Positions 48,201 through 59,457 of a DNA stretch of 64,000 nucleotides are shown here, piece by piece (position 1 is the stretch's first letter; the number at the start of each line of letters is the position of its first letter). Under the pieces are notes generated by a model. It did no database searches. It was not told where the DNA came from and saw only the letters and a list, made by a program, of their open reading frames with translations. This DNA comes from an uncultured Planctomycetaceae bacterium (lineage in GTDB: Bacteria > Planctomycetota > Planctomycetia > Pirellulales > Pirellulaceae): positions 2,181,586 to 2,245,585 of the forward strand of contig CAWJMN010000002.1 in the NCBI GenBank assembly GCA_963844055.1, read 5' to 3'. The position numbers were made by a program, and so were the translations under genes.

Positions 48201-49371
48201 ATGAAGAACACCAAAAAACGTGCTTGGCTCAGGCTTTTGTCGGTTGTGGCAATCCAGGGATCGCTGGTTTTAGGCGGCTGGGATCTGTTTCAACCAGGGG
48301 GGGCGATGGCCCAAGAGGCGGCTCCAGCCGAGGCTGCTGCGGCACCGGGACCCGCTAGGGCGGAGTTCGAAAAGGTGTTTGGCGAGTGGAAGCAGGTCCT
48401 TAATGACCTGCGCGGTCAAGCAAAAGTACAATTCGGCCGACAAAGATGCCGACATCACTCCCTTCCGCGAGCAATGGAAGGCCCTGATCGCCAAGGGGAA
48501 TAAGCAGTTGGCCAAACTGCGTGAAGCGGCAATGGCCGCCTATGCAGAAGCGCCCAATACCGATCCGCAAATCACGCGGACGTTGGTAAAGATGGCCAAC
48601 GATGCCTCGGCCAATGATGATTGGGCCGCGGCTGCAGAGGTGAGCAAGCTGCTACTGGATAATGGCTGCGATGAAACCTCGCTGTTTAGCGTGGCGGGCA
48701 TGGCGGCCTTTGGCATGGATGATTACGAAGCGGCCGACAAGTTCTTCAAGCAGGCGGAAGGGGTTGGCAAGCTTTCCAACGCCGCGGCTGAGTTTCAAAC
48801 GTTCGTGGGCGACCAAAAGGACCTGTGGGCCAAGGAACAAGAGATTCGCAAGGCCGAAGCCGCCAAGGATGATCTTCCTCGCGTGAAATTCACGACCGGC
48901 AAGGGAGACATTGTGATCGAGCTGTTTGAGAACGAAGCGCCGGAAACTGTTGGCAACTTTGTGAACCTGGTAGAGAAGGGCTTTTATAACGGCCTGTCGT
49001 TCCATCGCGTGCTGGCGAACTTCATGGCCCAAGGTGGTGACCCGAAGGGAACCGGCGAAGGGGGCCCAGGCTACAACATCTACTGCGAATGCTACAAGCC
49101 AGAGTATCGTCGGCACTTTGCAGGCAGCCTCAGCATGGCCCATCGCGGCCGTGATACGGGTGGTTCGCAATTCTTTTTGACGTTCCGCGCTACGCCGCAC
49201 CTCAATGGCAAGCACACTTGCTTTGGTCGCGTAGTCGAAGGGATGGATGTTTTGGCTCACCTGCAAAAGCGTGATCCCGAAGGGGAAGGCTCGCCTGAGC
49301 CTGACAAGATCATCAAGGCAGATGTCATTCGCAAACGCGATCATGCCTACGTTCCCAAGAAGGTGGACTAA
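48201..49371 (+). CDS. cyclophilin-type peptidyl-prolyl cis-trans isomerase with N-terminal helical/TPR-like domain; apparent frameshift near 48410-48420
   Basis: The signal-bearing N-terminus is in ORF 48201..48503. The remainder, including the cyclophilin core (FHRVLANFMAQGGDP...GGSQFFLTF), is in ORF 48379..49371. It is colinear with the intact paralog downstream. Confidence 0.75.
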
Positions 49372-49451
49372 CCCGCGCCGGGTTAGTTTGGGGACGGAAA
49401 TTAAACGGATTGTGGCGTAGGGTAGGGCCGTTTCGGAGAGGGAGTTCTGGC

Positions 49452-50612
49452 ATGCGAGTTCGCTGGGGTTTGGCGGGGCTGTTGTCGCTTGGATGTCTCG
49501 TGCAAGGTGGCGCGATTTCGGGGCTTGGTTTGCCGCTACGTACGACCACGGCCCAAGAAGCGGCTGCCGAGGCGGCCGGTGATCCTGTCGAGAAATTCCG
49601 CGTGGTCTTTGCCAGCTGGAACGCGCGTGACAAGCAGCTTGCGGAGATTGCCGAGAAGTACGCCGCTTCTACCAAACGCGACGAACAAGCCAAGCTTCGC
49701 AAGGAGTATTTGGCCCTGATTGCCGAGAGCGATGCCAAGATTGCTGAGCTAGAAAAGGTGGCCCAAGCGGCGTTTGCTGCGGCCCCTAACCTGGATAGCG
49801 AAGTGACCAAGGTCATGATTGGGCTGGTGAACTATCACTATGGCCGAGATGACTTTGAAGGAGCTACGGCCCTGGGCAAGCAATTGCAAGAAGCGGGCGT
49901 GAAAGAGCCTGCCTTGCTGGCGATTTTGGGACGCACCGCCTACAGCATGGATGATTACGATCTGGCGGAGAAGCTGCTGACGGCGGCGAAGGATGCGGGC
50001 AAGCTTGATCCTGAGGGACGTAGCGACCTGGAAGAACTGCCTGCGCGAAAGAAGCAATGGGCGGCCGAGTTGGCCAAGCGTGAACGGGATGCTGCCAAGA
50101 ACGATTTACCACGCGTGAAGATCGAAACCAAAAAGGGGACGATCATTGTGGAGCTATTTGAAGAAGAAGCTCCTGGGGCGGTAGGCAACTTTGTCAGCCT
50201 CGTTGAAAAGGGCTTCTACAACGGCACCTCGTTTCATCGTGTGCTTTCTGGGTTTATGGCCCAAGGGGGCGATCCGAAGGGGGATGGAACTGGCGGCCCG
50301 GGCTATCAGATCTTTTGCGAATGTGAACGGCCCGACCATCGCAACCACTTCCGTGGCACGCTCAGCATGGCACATGCGGGGAAAGATACGGGAGGCTCGC
50401 AGTTCTTTTTGACGTTCCGCGCGACGCCCAATTTGAACGGTCGTCATACGGCCTTTGGTCGCGTGATTGAAGGGCTGCCGGTGTTGGCTTTGATTCAGCG
50501 CCGTGATCCGAATGCGGCCGACAAGCCTGAGCCCGAAAAGATTGTGAAGATGGAAGTGATTCGCAAGCGCGATCACGAATACAAGCCGAAGAAATCCGCC
50601 GACAAGGATTAG
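49452..50612 (+). CDS. cyclophilin-type peptidyl-prolyl cis-trans isomerase with N-terminal helical/TPR-like domain (paralog)
   Basis: FHRVLSGFMAQGGDPKGDGTGGPGY...GGSQFFLTFRATPNLNGRHTAFGRV. Start at MRVRWGLAGLL (signal). Confidence 0.8.
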   Translation: MRVRWGLAGLLSLGCLVQGGAISGLGLPLRTTTAQEAAAEAAGDPVEKFRVVFASWNARDKQLAEIAEKYAASTKRDEQAKLRKEYLALIAESDAKIAELEKVAQAAFAAAPNLDSEVTKVMIGLVNYHYGRDDFEGATALGKQLQEAGVKEPALLAILGRTAYSMDDYDLAEKLLTAAKDAGKLDPEGRSDLEELPARKKQWAAELAKRERDAAKNDLPRVKIETKKGTIIVELFEEEAPGAVGNFVSLVEKGFYNGTSFHRVLSGFMAQGGDPKGDGTGGPGYQIFCECERPDHRNHFRGTLSMAHAGKDTGGSQFFLTFRATPNLNGRHTAFGRVIEGLPVLALIQRRDPNAADKPEPEKIVKMEVIRKRDHEYKPKKSADKD

Positions 50613-50895
50613 TAGGCGAGGTGATGGCTGGGCATTTTCAGAGCCGGAAGCGTCAGCGACGGCCATCCCTCGGTGAAGTCGCCGTTGGCACCGCGCGGCT
50701 GTTGGCCAGGAAGCGGGGGAACACTGGCCAGGCTCGAAAAGAGCTTTGAATAATGGCGGCCCCTGTTTCGAGCAACTTGCCAGTGCCACCACAACCAATG
50801 CATCGCAGATTTGCATTGATGGTTGGAAGCGCAGGGCGGAAGGTTGCCCGTGGTTTGCGTAGCGTCGTTAGGTCTGTCGGCGCTAACCTACTCGA

Positions 50896-51273
50896 CTAAG
50901 AAGTGGGAGAGGTGCACTTGCCGGCGGGGGTGAGGGTGTCGATTTTGGCAGCAAGGATGAAGTCGTTCTCGCTAAGGCCGCCGATGGCGTGGGTATAGGT
51001 CTCGATCCAGACGTTGCGATAGCTTTCCAGATGCAGGTCGGGATGGTGCTGGTCTTCTTCGGCGATTTGGCCGACCGCTTCCAGAAACTTCATGGCGGCT
51101 AAGAAATCTTTCATGCGCCAGTCTTTGCGAATTCGCTCGCCGGCGTGCGTCAGATACCAGCCGGGAAGTTGTGCCAGTTGGGCGTTAACCACATCGACCG
51201 GAACGATCATTACGCCTCCTTCGCAGGGGACGCACTTCTTCTGCGTGAGCTGATTGCCGGATTGGACATCCAT
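50896..51273 (-). CDS. pterin-4a-carbinolamine dehydratase (PCD/DCoH)
   Basis: ...EEDQHHPDLHLESYRNVWIETYTHAIGGLSENDFILAAKID is the characteristic PCD motif. Confidence 0.7.
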   Translation of the reverse strand: MDVQSGNQLTQKKCVPCEGGVMIVPVDVVNAQLAQLPGWYLTHAGERIRKDWRMKDFLAAMKFLEAVGQIAEEDQHHPDLHLESYRNVWIETYTHAIGGLSENDFILAAKIDTLTPAGKCTSPTS

Positions 51274-51391
51274 GATCGACCTCGTTCTTATGTTCGATGA
51301 GACGACGAAAAAAGGCTCCCCGACCTTCGCCGCGGAGCCTTTTGAATGGAAATGGTTTAGGTCAGGCTGCTAAGCACCCTGCGGCCAACGA

Positions 51392-52375
51392 CTAGAAATC
51401 GCCACTGCTCAGCGCGGTACGCTGAATCACTTGGATTGCACTCCAGCTTCCAGGAGGGGCCATCGAACGGGTGTAGCCAGCAGGCCAAACCTTTTGGCCG
51501 TTGCTGCTAAGCAAGCGAGCGTAGACGTTGTAGCTGATCTTTTCGGTCACGAAGCGGACCGAGGTGTCGGCCATTGCCACATTGAAACCCTTGGAGTGAA
51601 AGCTCGAAGGTTGGGCGTTGTTGGTGTCGAGGGTTGGATTGGTGCGATTGGAATTGAGTGGCAAATTGAAGGCATTGTTGCCGAGCATAGTGGCATCCCA
51701 GATCACGCCCATCTTCAACTCGCTGGTTGCATCTTGCCAGCTGTTGGTGACAACGTTTTCGGTGAACATGATCGTGTTCGAAACGCCGTCGCCATTGTTG
51801 ATGTCGGCACGAGAGGTCATGGCCGAGTAGCCGGCATTGCCAATGCGATCATCCATGGCACCATTTTCTGGCCAGTCGGCGGGATTGGCGTTGTAGACGT
51901 TTTCCATGCCGTTGTTACAGGCGTAAGAAAGGGGCGTGTTGTCGGTGAGGCTGGTGGCATCGCTGGGGCAAACGAGGATTCGAATGATCTTGGAGATTTC
52001 AGGGCTGGTGTAAGGATTGATCCCGCTGCGATCAAGCTGATCGATGCGTGTCGACAGCGAGTTTTCACCCAGCGAATCCAGCAGGATGGTTGGCCAGCCG
52101 TAAATGCTGTTGTTGACGTTGGTGTTGTCACCCATCGCAATGCGAACTTTTGTTGCAGGCGAATAAGTACGCGACGGAGGCAAGTTGCCACGTCCCGTTT
52201 CGTATTCGAGTGCGGCCTGCGCTACTTGACGCATGTTGCTGCTGCACTGGGTGCGACGAGCAGTCTCACGCGCGACTTGAATCGCGGGGAGCAACAGTCC
52301 CATCAACAACACAACGATAGAAATGACGACGAGCAGCTCCACGATGGTGAAGCCAATGCGCATGCGACGAGCCAT
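51392..52375 (-). CDS. DUF1559 (H-X9-DG) protein with prepilin-type N-terminal cleavage/methylation domain
   Basis: N-terminus RIGFTIVELLVVISIVVLLMGLLLPAIQVARETARRTQCSSNMRQV. Confidence 0.8.
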   Translation of the reverse strand: MARRMRIGFTIVELLVVISIVVLLMGLLLPAIQVARETARRTQCSSNMRQVAQAALEYETGRGNLPPSRTYSPATKVRIAMGDNTNVNNSIYGWPTILLDSLGENSLSTRIDQLDRSGINPYTSPEISKIIRILVCPSDATSLTDNTPLSYACNNGMENVYNANPADWPENGAMDDRIGNAGYSAMTSRADINNGDGVSNTIMFTENVVTNSWQDATSELKMGVIWDATMLGNNAFNLPLNSNRTNPTLDTNNAQPSSFHSKGFNVAMADTSVRFVTEKISYNVYARLLSSNGQKVWPAGYTRSMAPPGSWSAIQVIQRTALSSGDF

Positions 52376-53008
52376 GGAAGATACCTCTATTAAATGCCTG
52401 CCCTTGTTCCGAGGGTGGTAAGCGAACGCTCACCATTTAGATAATACCTGTAATTCTCACCGTTCTCCAAGCATTTGTCGAGACAATTGTCAAGTAAAAG
52501 CAGCTCTTTTTGCTTGAGGATCCACCGCTACGGCCCGCCTGGCACCCGGCGACGTCGGTTTATGGGTGCGCGTGCTCCCTTAACTTTTGGCATCTCTAGA
52601 CAACCTCGCTTAGGTGGGGAGTGTGGATTGGTGGGTGAAGCCGTAAGCCTTTTCCGTGTCTAGAGTTGCGCCCCAATGGCGAAAAGAGGAGGGCTCTGGG
52701 CATCCAAGGTAGCGTTGTGGCCGTACAGAGAGGGTGGACGAATGGCCCCTGAGCGATGTCCGGCTCTGTCCAACGTGAAAACAGGGGCATGGGTGGGTTA
52801 TGAGGCGGAACGTCACAAGTCGGCTCTACGGGGCAATAATGTGGGCCTGCGGGCCTGGGATGTTGCTTCCCGGGTCGGTTGGGGGGATGCTGAGCCAGGG
52901 TCGACGTTGACCCCGCAAGAATCAAACGCCTAGAATTCCGGTGCTCGGCCTGATCGTCACGAGGAATGGTTCTTGGTGGCCGTCAGACAAGGGAAGTGGG
53001 TACTTAGG

Positions 53009-55507
53009 ATGTCTGTTGTATTGAATCGCCATGGGGCGCTGTCGTTTCTGTTGGCGTTTGTTCTGCCTTTGCTAGGGATCTGGCAAGGGGTGGGCTACGG
53101 CCAAGAGGGGTCGGTCGATCCACTGGGGACCAATGCGCCGCCAGGGCTGGGAGGAGTTGCCGAAGATTTTCCGCTGCCGACCGGCAAAGGGCCGCGTCCC
53201 AAGCTCAACCTGTCTGGCATTCCCGGACTGGATGGAGGCGGGGGCGATGATGCGGACGTAACCTTTGACGCAGAGTGGAAGTTAGAAGCGGGAACGCGAA
53301 CCGGCCGGCTGACTGTGACCGCGACGATTCCTGAAAACTGGCATATCTATTCCATCACTCAGCCTACTGGTGGGCCGCAGAAATCTAAGCTGGATTTTGC
53401 CAATGGGAGTGCGGTGAAACTGGCAGATCCTTTTGTTGCCAATCCGCCGCCCCATGTGATTCCGCCCGGTGGTGACTACTCTTTTGAGGTGAATAGTGAA
53501 GAGCATGAAGAGACCGTCACTTGGAGCGCGCCAATTACCTTTACTGGCAGCGAAGATCCCAAGTCGATCCCCGTCGTTTTGAATTTCTCGGGGCAGCGGT
53601 GCAAGAACGGCGGAAGCTGCGTGCTAATTAACGCCAAGATCACGGCGAAGTTTGCGGGGGAGTTTACGCGCAGCCAGCCGATTGGAAAGTACGTCCCGAA
53701 AAAGGGATCGGCCGAAGTGGTCTGGCAGGGAGAGATTTCGGCCGAGCAAGTCGCGCCGGGTAAAAGCGTGAAGCTGCTGCTGCAAGCTACGCCGACCAAG
53801 GGCTATCACGTTTACGAATACCAAGCGGTCGATGCCGATACACCTGGCGCAGGGAAGCCAACGTTGATTGTGCTGAACCTGCCTGCCGGCTGGAAGCATC
53901 GAGTGCCAAGTCCCTCACTTGCGCCAACGGGATCGGCGACGCAAGGGAGTTCGGGCGTTGCCGATGTGCGCCATCATGATCAGGCGGTGACTTGGACAAC
54001 CGAGATCATCGTTCCAGGAGATGCCAAGCCGGGCAAGTTGCCGATCAGTGGCTATTTGGGATTTCAAACTTGCAATGATGCGAATTGTTTGCCTCCTACG
54101 GCGGCGCAGTTCACGGTTTCGGTGGAGGTGGCAAGTGAAGTTGGGACGAACGCCGCCAAGCCGCTGGAGTTTGAAAGCTTAAAAGGGGGCTACGACGAGG
54201 TGGCGAAACTGGCCAAGACTGCGCCGGCTCCGTTTGGGCAATTCCATTTGGCAACCCTGCTGGCACAGATGGGAATTGGTTTTGTGGGGGGGATTCTGCT
54301 GAATTTCATGCCCTGCGTATTGCCCGTGCTGGGGCTGAAGTTGTTGTCGATTGCACAGCAAGCAGGCCAAAGCCGGATGAAGGTGTTGATGCAGAATTTG
54401 TGGTACACGGCGGGCCTACTGGTGGTATTTATGACACTGGCAACGCTGGCAGCGTTTTTGAACTTTGGCTGGGGGCAGCACTTTCAATCGCTGTGGTTCC
54501 GCATTGGAATGTTGCTACTGACGTTTGCGATGGCGCTGAGCTTTTTAGGCACCTGGGAGATTCCCATCCCGGGCTTTGCCACGTCTGACAAAGCGAGCGA
54601 ACTACAAACGCAAGAAGGCGCGCTGGGGGCTTTTTTCAAAGGGATCTTCACGACGATTTTAGGCGTCTCGTGCAGCGGTCCGTTTTTAGGGGCCGTGTTT
54701 GGCTATACCCTTTCGCAAGAGTGGTATGTGACGTACGCCATTTTTGGTGCGGTGGGCATTGGCATGGCTTCGCCCTTTTTTGCCGTCGGATTGTTGCCGG
54801 GCGTGCGAAAGGTGATTCCTAAGCCGGGCAACTGGATGGATACTTTCAAGAGCTTGATGGGCTTTGGTCTGTTGGGGGTGGTGGTGTTCTTGTTCTCGAC
54901 GCTGGATAGCAAGCTGTTTATCCCGACGCTTGCCTTGGTGGTTGGTGTTTGGTTTGCATGCTGGTGGATTGGCCAGGTCCATGCGTACGAGGGATGGAAG
55001 ACGGTGATGGTTCCTTGGGTGGGCGGTACGGCGGTCGCAGCGCTGACGGGCTATCTTTCGTTCACCTACTTAGGCCCCCAGGTAGAGATGTTTGAGTGGG
55101 AGAAGTACTCGGAGGCGCGCCTAGTCGAGCTGCAAAAGGAAGGCAAGACGGTCATGCTGGACTTTACCGCCGACTGGTGCTTGAACTGTCATGTGAACTA
55201 TCGCAACGCGATCAACACGCAGGCAACCAAGCAAATCATTGAGAAGAACAAGGTTGTCGCGATGAAGGCGGATTGGACCAACAAGGATGACAGCGTTGTT
55301 TTAGCGAAGCTCAATGCGCTGGATAGCAAGTCGATCCCTGTTTTGGTGTTTTATCCGGCCGGCAAGCCGGAAGAGGCGGTGATCTTGCGCGATCTTGTCA
55401 CGCAGCAGCAGGTGCTGGATGAACTGATCAAGGCAGGTCCTTCTCGCGATGAGAAGGCGAGCGCCTCTAAAGGAAGCAATCAGGCGAAGGAGCCCGCATC
55501 GACCTAA
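53009..55507 (+). CDS. thiol:disulfide interchange protein DsbD-like (protein-disulfide reductase)
   Basis: Periplasmic N-domain. The CcdA/DsbD TM core (ILLNFMPCVLPVLGLK) is present. C-terminal thioredoxin fold with DFTADWCLNCHVN. Start taken at MSVVLNRHG. Confidence 0.75.
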   Translation: MSVVLNRHGALSFLLAFVLPLLGIWQGVGYGQEGSVDPLGTNAPPGLGGVAEDFPLPTGKGPRPKLNLSGIPGLDGGGGDDADVTFDAEWKLEAGTRTGRLTVTATIPENWHIYSITQPTGGPQKSKLDFANGSAVKLADPFVANPPPHVIPPGGDYSFEVNSEEHEETVTWSAPITFTGSEDPKSIPVVLNFSGQRCKNGGSCVLINAKITAKFAGEFTRSQPIGKYVPKKGSAEVVWQGEISAEQVAPGKSVKLLLQATPTKGYHVYEYQAVDADTPGAGKPTLIVLNLPAGWKHRVPSPSLAPTGSATQGSSGVADVRHHDQAVTWTTEIIVPGDAKPGKLPISGYLGFQTCNDANCLPPTAAQFTVSVEVASEVGTNAAKPLEFESLKGGYDEVAKLAKTAPAPFGQFHLATLLAQMGIGFVGGILLNFMPCVLPVLGLKLLSIAQQAGQSRMKVLMQNLWYTAGLLVVFMTLATLAAFLNFGWGQHFQSLWFRIGMLLLTFAMALSFLGTWEIPIPGFATSDKASELQTQEGALGAFFKGIFTTILGVSCSGPFLGAVFGYTLSQEWYVTYAIFGAVGIGMASPFFAVGLLPGVRKVIPKPGNWMDTFKSLMGFGLLGVVVFLFSTLDSKLFIPTLALVVGVWFACWWIGQVHAYEGWKTVMVPWVGGTAVAALTGYLSFTYLGPQVEMFEWEKYSEARLVELQKEGKTVMLDFTADWCLNCHVNYRNAINTQATKQIIEKNKVVAMKADWTNKDDSVVLAKLNALDSKSIPVLVFYPAGKPEEAVILRDLVTQQQVLDELIKAGPSRDEKASASKGSNQAKEPAST

Positions 55508-55561
55508 AGGAAATGCCTGGTGTTGGTTGGGTGGTGATGGGTTGGTAGAAGGGCTTGGCTA

Positions 55562-56353
55562 GTGATGAAAGCTTTGGGATTCATGAACGTCATTCAAGAG
55601 CGGTTCGGCCTTTCAGCAGCATGGCAAATCCTGGCGGGGATGTTGCTGGCCGGCCTGTTGGTGGGCTGCAAGCCTTCGACCATGCCAGACGCCGTAATCC
55701 CTGTCGAAGAAAGTAAATCGTCGGCGAAGGTGGACGAGGAACCGGAAGCAGCCAAGCCCCCCGAGGCTAAACCTGCGGAGGATAAACCTGCCGTTCAGGA
55801 AGCACCAGCGACGGAAACGCCAGCCACTGCAGGTTCGGCCGAAGGAACGCCGGCGGCAGTACCTGCGGAATCGACCGAGCCATCGACCGCAGCGCAAGAG
55901 AAGCCGAAGGAGAAGGGGACTGATGGTGTGCCTGCCGGGGGACGCCCGCTGGCGGATCGTGAAAAGCCCAAGCCGGGCGAGGCTTATAAGATTAGCTTTG
56001 ATGACCTGATCATCGGCATGCAGGCCGATATTCCGTTTCGTCCTTGGATGATGGAAGGGAAGCGAGCGGAAGAACTGGACGGCCAGAAGGTGCGGATCAG
56101 TGGCCTCATGCATGGTGGCGCTGCCGGCCAGAGTAAGATCAAAGAGTTTGTGCTACTGCGGAACTTGGAATGCAAGTTTGGACCCGGTGGGCAGGCCGAT
56201 CACTTGGCCCGCATTCAGTTGGCCGAAGGGGAGAAGACGCAGTACACCAACAAGACGCTGATTGTCGAAGGTCGTTTGCACATTGATCCCTATGCTGGCC
56301 CTGATGGCAACACCTGGGCGATCTATCGGATCAGCGAAGCCAAGCTGAAGTAG
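55562..56353 (+). CDS. hypothetical lipoprotein with low-complexity Pro/Ala/Glu-rich linker
   Basis: Lipobox LLVGC. PEAKPAEDKPAVQEAPATETPAT linker. Globular C-terminus. Confidence 0.45.
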   Translation: MMKALGFMNVIQERFGLSAAWQILAGMLLAGLLVGCKPSTMPDAVIPVEESKSSAKVDEEPEAAKPPEAKPAEDKPAVQEAPATETPATAGSAEGTPAAVPAESTEPSTAAQEKPKEKGTDGVPAGGRPLADREKPKPGEAYKISFDDLIIGMQADIPFRPWMMEGKRAEELDGQKVRISGLMHGGAAGQSKIKEFVLLRNLECKFGPGGQADHLARIQLAEGEKTQYTNKTLIVEGRLHIDPYAGPDGNTWAIYRISEAKLK

Positions 56354-56679
56354 GGGCTGGTCAATCGTCCGAGGGGGCGAGGCAAGTTCCTGGCGGCACA
56401 ATTTCTGTGTGGCGAGGGCATTAACGGAGCCTGCAGGCCCATTTCGTAGCCCTTTTTACGGGGTTAGCGGCTTGAATCTGGCCTTCCGCTAGATGACAAT
56501 TGCCAGACGGGAGAATTCCACCGGTTATTGGCGAGTACTCTGGTGCTGGAATCTCCTTTAAGGTTGGCTTCGCTTGCCGCTATGTTTCGTCGGCGTGCAG
56601 GGCGCTTTGCGCGATCGGGAAATGCCCGCCGCCAACCACTATCCCCCCTCCTGTTTGCTTTCCTTTTGGAACCTCTGCG

Positions 56680-59304
56680 ATGCGTGCATTGAATTGGCCG
56701 TCGGTTTCTGTGGCGTTGTGCTGGCTGGTGCTGGCCGCCCTGGGTGTCTCTCCTGCATGGGCTGAGGCCCCTGCCCTCAAGCTTGCCAAGGGGAACCATG
56801 TCGTTCTGATTGGCAATACCTTGGCCGAGCGGATGCAGTATCACGGCAATTTTGAAACGCAGCTGCATAGCCGTTTTCCTGACTTGGAACTGGTCGTGCG
56901 TGATCTGGGTTGGTCGGCCGACGAAGTGAACCTTCGTCCTCGCTCGCAAGACTTCAAAGATCACGGCCACAACCTGGAAGACCACAAGGCTGACGTGATC
57001 TTGGCCTTCTTTGGTTTCAACGAGTCGTTCGGCGGCGAAAAGGGATTGCCCAAATTCCGTGGCGACCTGGAAAAGTTCGTCACCACCACCAAGGCCGCCA
57101 AGTACAACGGCACTTCAGCACCGCAATTGGTGCTGTTCTCGCCGATTGCTCATGAAAACCTCGGCAAGCGCGAGCTGCCTGATGGATCGGCCAACAACAA
57201 GAACATTGCCCTGTACTCGGCTGCGATGAAAGAGATCGCCGCCAAGCACGATGTGCTGTTTGTGGACATCTTCACGCCAACGCAAAAGGCGATGGCCGAA
57301 GCCAAGCAAAAGTGGACGATCAACGGCATTCACCTCAACACGTTTGGTGATGCACAGCTCGCCACGATCTTGGATACTTCGCTGTTTGGCGCACGCCCTG
57401 CCGGCAGCGAGAAGGTCAATATGGAAAAGCTGCACGCCGAGGTGCAAGAGAAGAACCTGCAGTTCTTCTACGACTATCGTGCCGTCAATGGCTTTTACAT
57501 CTACGGTGGCCGTAAGAATCCCTTCGGCACGGTCAACTTCCCCAAGGAATTTGCCAAGCTCCGAAAGATGATCGCCAATCGTGATGCTCGGATTTGGGCC
57601 GTTGCCCAAGGGAAAGAAGTTCCCGCCAAGATTGATGACAGCAACACGGGCGACATCACGCCGATCGAGACCAACGCAAAAAATCCTGCACCTTTCACGA
57701 CGGCCGAAGAGTCGCAAAAGAAGATGCAGCTGCCTGAAGGTTATGCGGTCAACCTGTTTGCTTCCGAAGCAGAATTTCCTGACCTGCAAAACCCTGTGCA
57801 GTTTGCCTTTGACGCCAAGGGACGCTTGTGGGTCACGACGATGCCGTCGTACCCGATGTACCTGCCTGGCGTGCCTGTGAATGACAAGGTTCTGATCCTG
57901 GAAGACACCAATGGTGACGGCAAGGCCGACAAGCAAACCGTGTTTGCGGATGGCTTGCATGTGCCAACTGGTATTGAGCTGGGTGACGGTGGCGCTTATG
58001 TGGCCAACCAACCGAACCTCCTGTTTTTGAAGGACACCAATGGGGATGACAAGGCCGACTCACGAGAAATCGTGCTACACGGTTTTGATTCGGCCGACTC
58101 GCATCACTCGATCAGTGCGTTTACTTGGGATCAGGGTGGAGCTCTCTACTTTGAGGAAGGAACCTTCCATCACACGCAAGTCGAATCGCCTTATGGCCCT
58201 GTTCGCTGCATGAATGCGGGTGTATTCCGTTTTGAGCCACGCACTTGCCGCTTTAGCGTGTTTGTTTCCTATGGGTTTGCCAATCCTTGGGGGCACATTG
58301 TGGATGGTTGGGGCCAAAACTTTGTGGCCGATGCCTCGGGTGGTGCCAACTATTACGGCACGGCTTTCTCGGGCGATGTGGACTATCCTCACAAGCACGG
58401 TGGCCTGAAGGAATTCCTGAAGAAGCAGTGGCGTCCAACGGCTGGCTGCGAGCTGGTTACCAGCCGCAACTTCCCCGATGAAGCCCAAGGGAACTACCTG
58501 CTGAATAACTGCATTGGTTTCCAAGGGGTGCTGCAATACAAGATGAAGGATGCTGGTTCGGGCTTTGCTGCCGATCCACAAGAACCTTTGCTGCAATCGA
58601 GCGACGTCAATTTCCGTCCTGTGGATATTGAGTTTGGTCCCGATGGTGCTTTGTACCTTTGCGACTGGTTCAACCCGCTGGTAGGTCACATGCAACATTC
58701 GCTGCGTGATCCGAATCGCGATAAGAACCACGGCCGTATTTGGCGTGTCTCTTACACGAAGAAGCCTTTGGTGAAGCCGGCAAAGATCCATGGCGAATCG
58801 ATCCCCAGCTTGCTCGCTCAGCTGAAGAGTGAGCCAGAAGAGCGTACCCGCAGCCGTATTCGTATTGAACTGCGTAGCCGTGACACGAACGAAGTTTTGG
58901 CTGCCTTCAAGAGCTGGCTTGGCTCGATCGACAAGGCCGACAAGGAATACGAGCACTGCAAGCTGGAAGCTTTGTGGATGCATCAACAACATGATGTCGT
59001 GAATGAAGACTTCCTCAAGGAAGTGCTTCGTTCGCCTGACTATCGTGCTCGTGCTGCGGCGACTCGCGTGCTTTGCTACTGGCGTGATCGCGTGAAGGAG
59101 CCTTTGGCTCTTCTAAAGGTTCAAGTCAATGATGAGCATCCACGCGTTCGCTTGGAAGCCGTTCGTGCCCTGAGCTTCTTCCATTCGCAAGATGCGATCG
59201 ACATTGCGACCGAGTCTTTGGTGTACGACCAGGATGACTACCTGAAGTACACGCTACAAGAGACGATGAACACGCTGGAACGCCGCGTGAAGAACGCCAA
59301 GTAA
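56680..59304 (+). CDS. membrane-bound-dehydrogenase-domain protein (SGNH-like N-terminus + beta-propeller + HEAT repeats), PVC-type
   Basis: Start at MRALNWPSVSVALCWLVLAALG (signal). SGNH-like HVVLIGNTLAERMQY...DLGWSADE. Propeller region DAKGRLWVTT...LCDWFNP. C-terminal HEAT-like repeats (PRVRLEAVRALSFF). Confidence 0.6.
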   Translation: MRALNWPSVSVALCWLVLAALGVSPAWAEAPALKLAKGNHVVLIGNTLAERMQYHGNFETQLHSRFPDLELVVRDLGWSADEVNLRPRSQDFKDHGHNLEDHKADVILAFFGFNESFGGEKGLPKFRGDLEKFVTTTKAAKYNGTSAPQLVLFSPIAHENLGKRELPDGSANNKNIALYSAAMKEIAAKHDVLFVDIFTPTQKAMAEAKQKWTINGIHLNTFGDAQLATILDTSLFGARPAGSEKVNMEKLHAEVQEKNLQFFYDYRAVNGFYIYGGRKNPFGTVNFPKEFAKLRKMIANRDARIWAVAQGKEVPAKIDDSNTGDITPIETNAKNPAPFTTAEESQKKMQLPEGYAVNLFASEAEFPDLQNPVQFAFDAKGRLWVTTMPSYPMYLPGVPVNDKVLILEDTNGDGKADKQTVFADGLHVPTGIELGDGGAYVANQPNLLFLKDTNGDDKADSREIVLHGFDSADSHHSISAFTWDQGGALYFEEGTFHHTQVESPYGPVRCMNAGVFRFEPRTCRFSVFVSYGFANPWGHIVDGWGQNFVADASGGANYYGTAFSGDVDYPHKHGGLKEFLKKQWRPTAGCELVTSRNFPDEAQGNYLLNNCIGFQGVLQYKMKDAGSGFAADPQEPLLQSSDVNFRPVDIEFGPDGALYLCDWFNPLVGHMQHSLRDPNRDKNHGRIWRVSYTKKPLVKPAKIHGESIPSLLAQLKSEPEERTRSRIRIELRSRDTNEVLAAFKSWLGSIDKADKEYEHCKLEALWMHQQHDVVNEDFLKEVLRSPDYRARAAATRVLCYWRDRVKEPLALLKVQVNDEHPRVRLEAVRALSFFHSQDAIDIATESLVYDQDDYLKYTLQETMNTLERRVKNAK

Positions 59305-59457
59305 AAGGGCCATACTGGGGAGGTTTTCGAGCCTCCCCAGGGGCTGGACCCGATGGTAAAATGAAGTAGGTTTTCAAGAGCCACGCAGGCCTTTCCAGGT
59401 CGGCATGGCTCTTGGCGTTTTCGGATGGTGGAATTTCGGAAAAGAGAGTGGTGGGTT

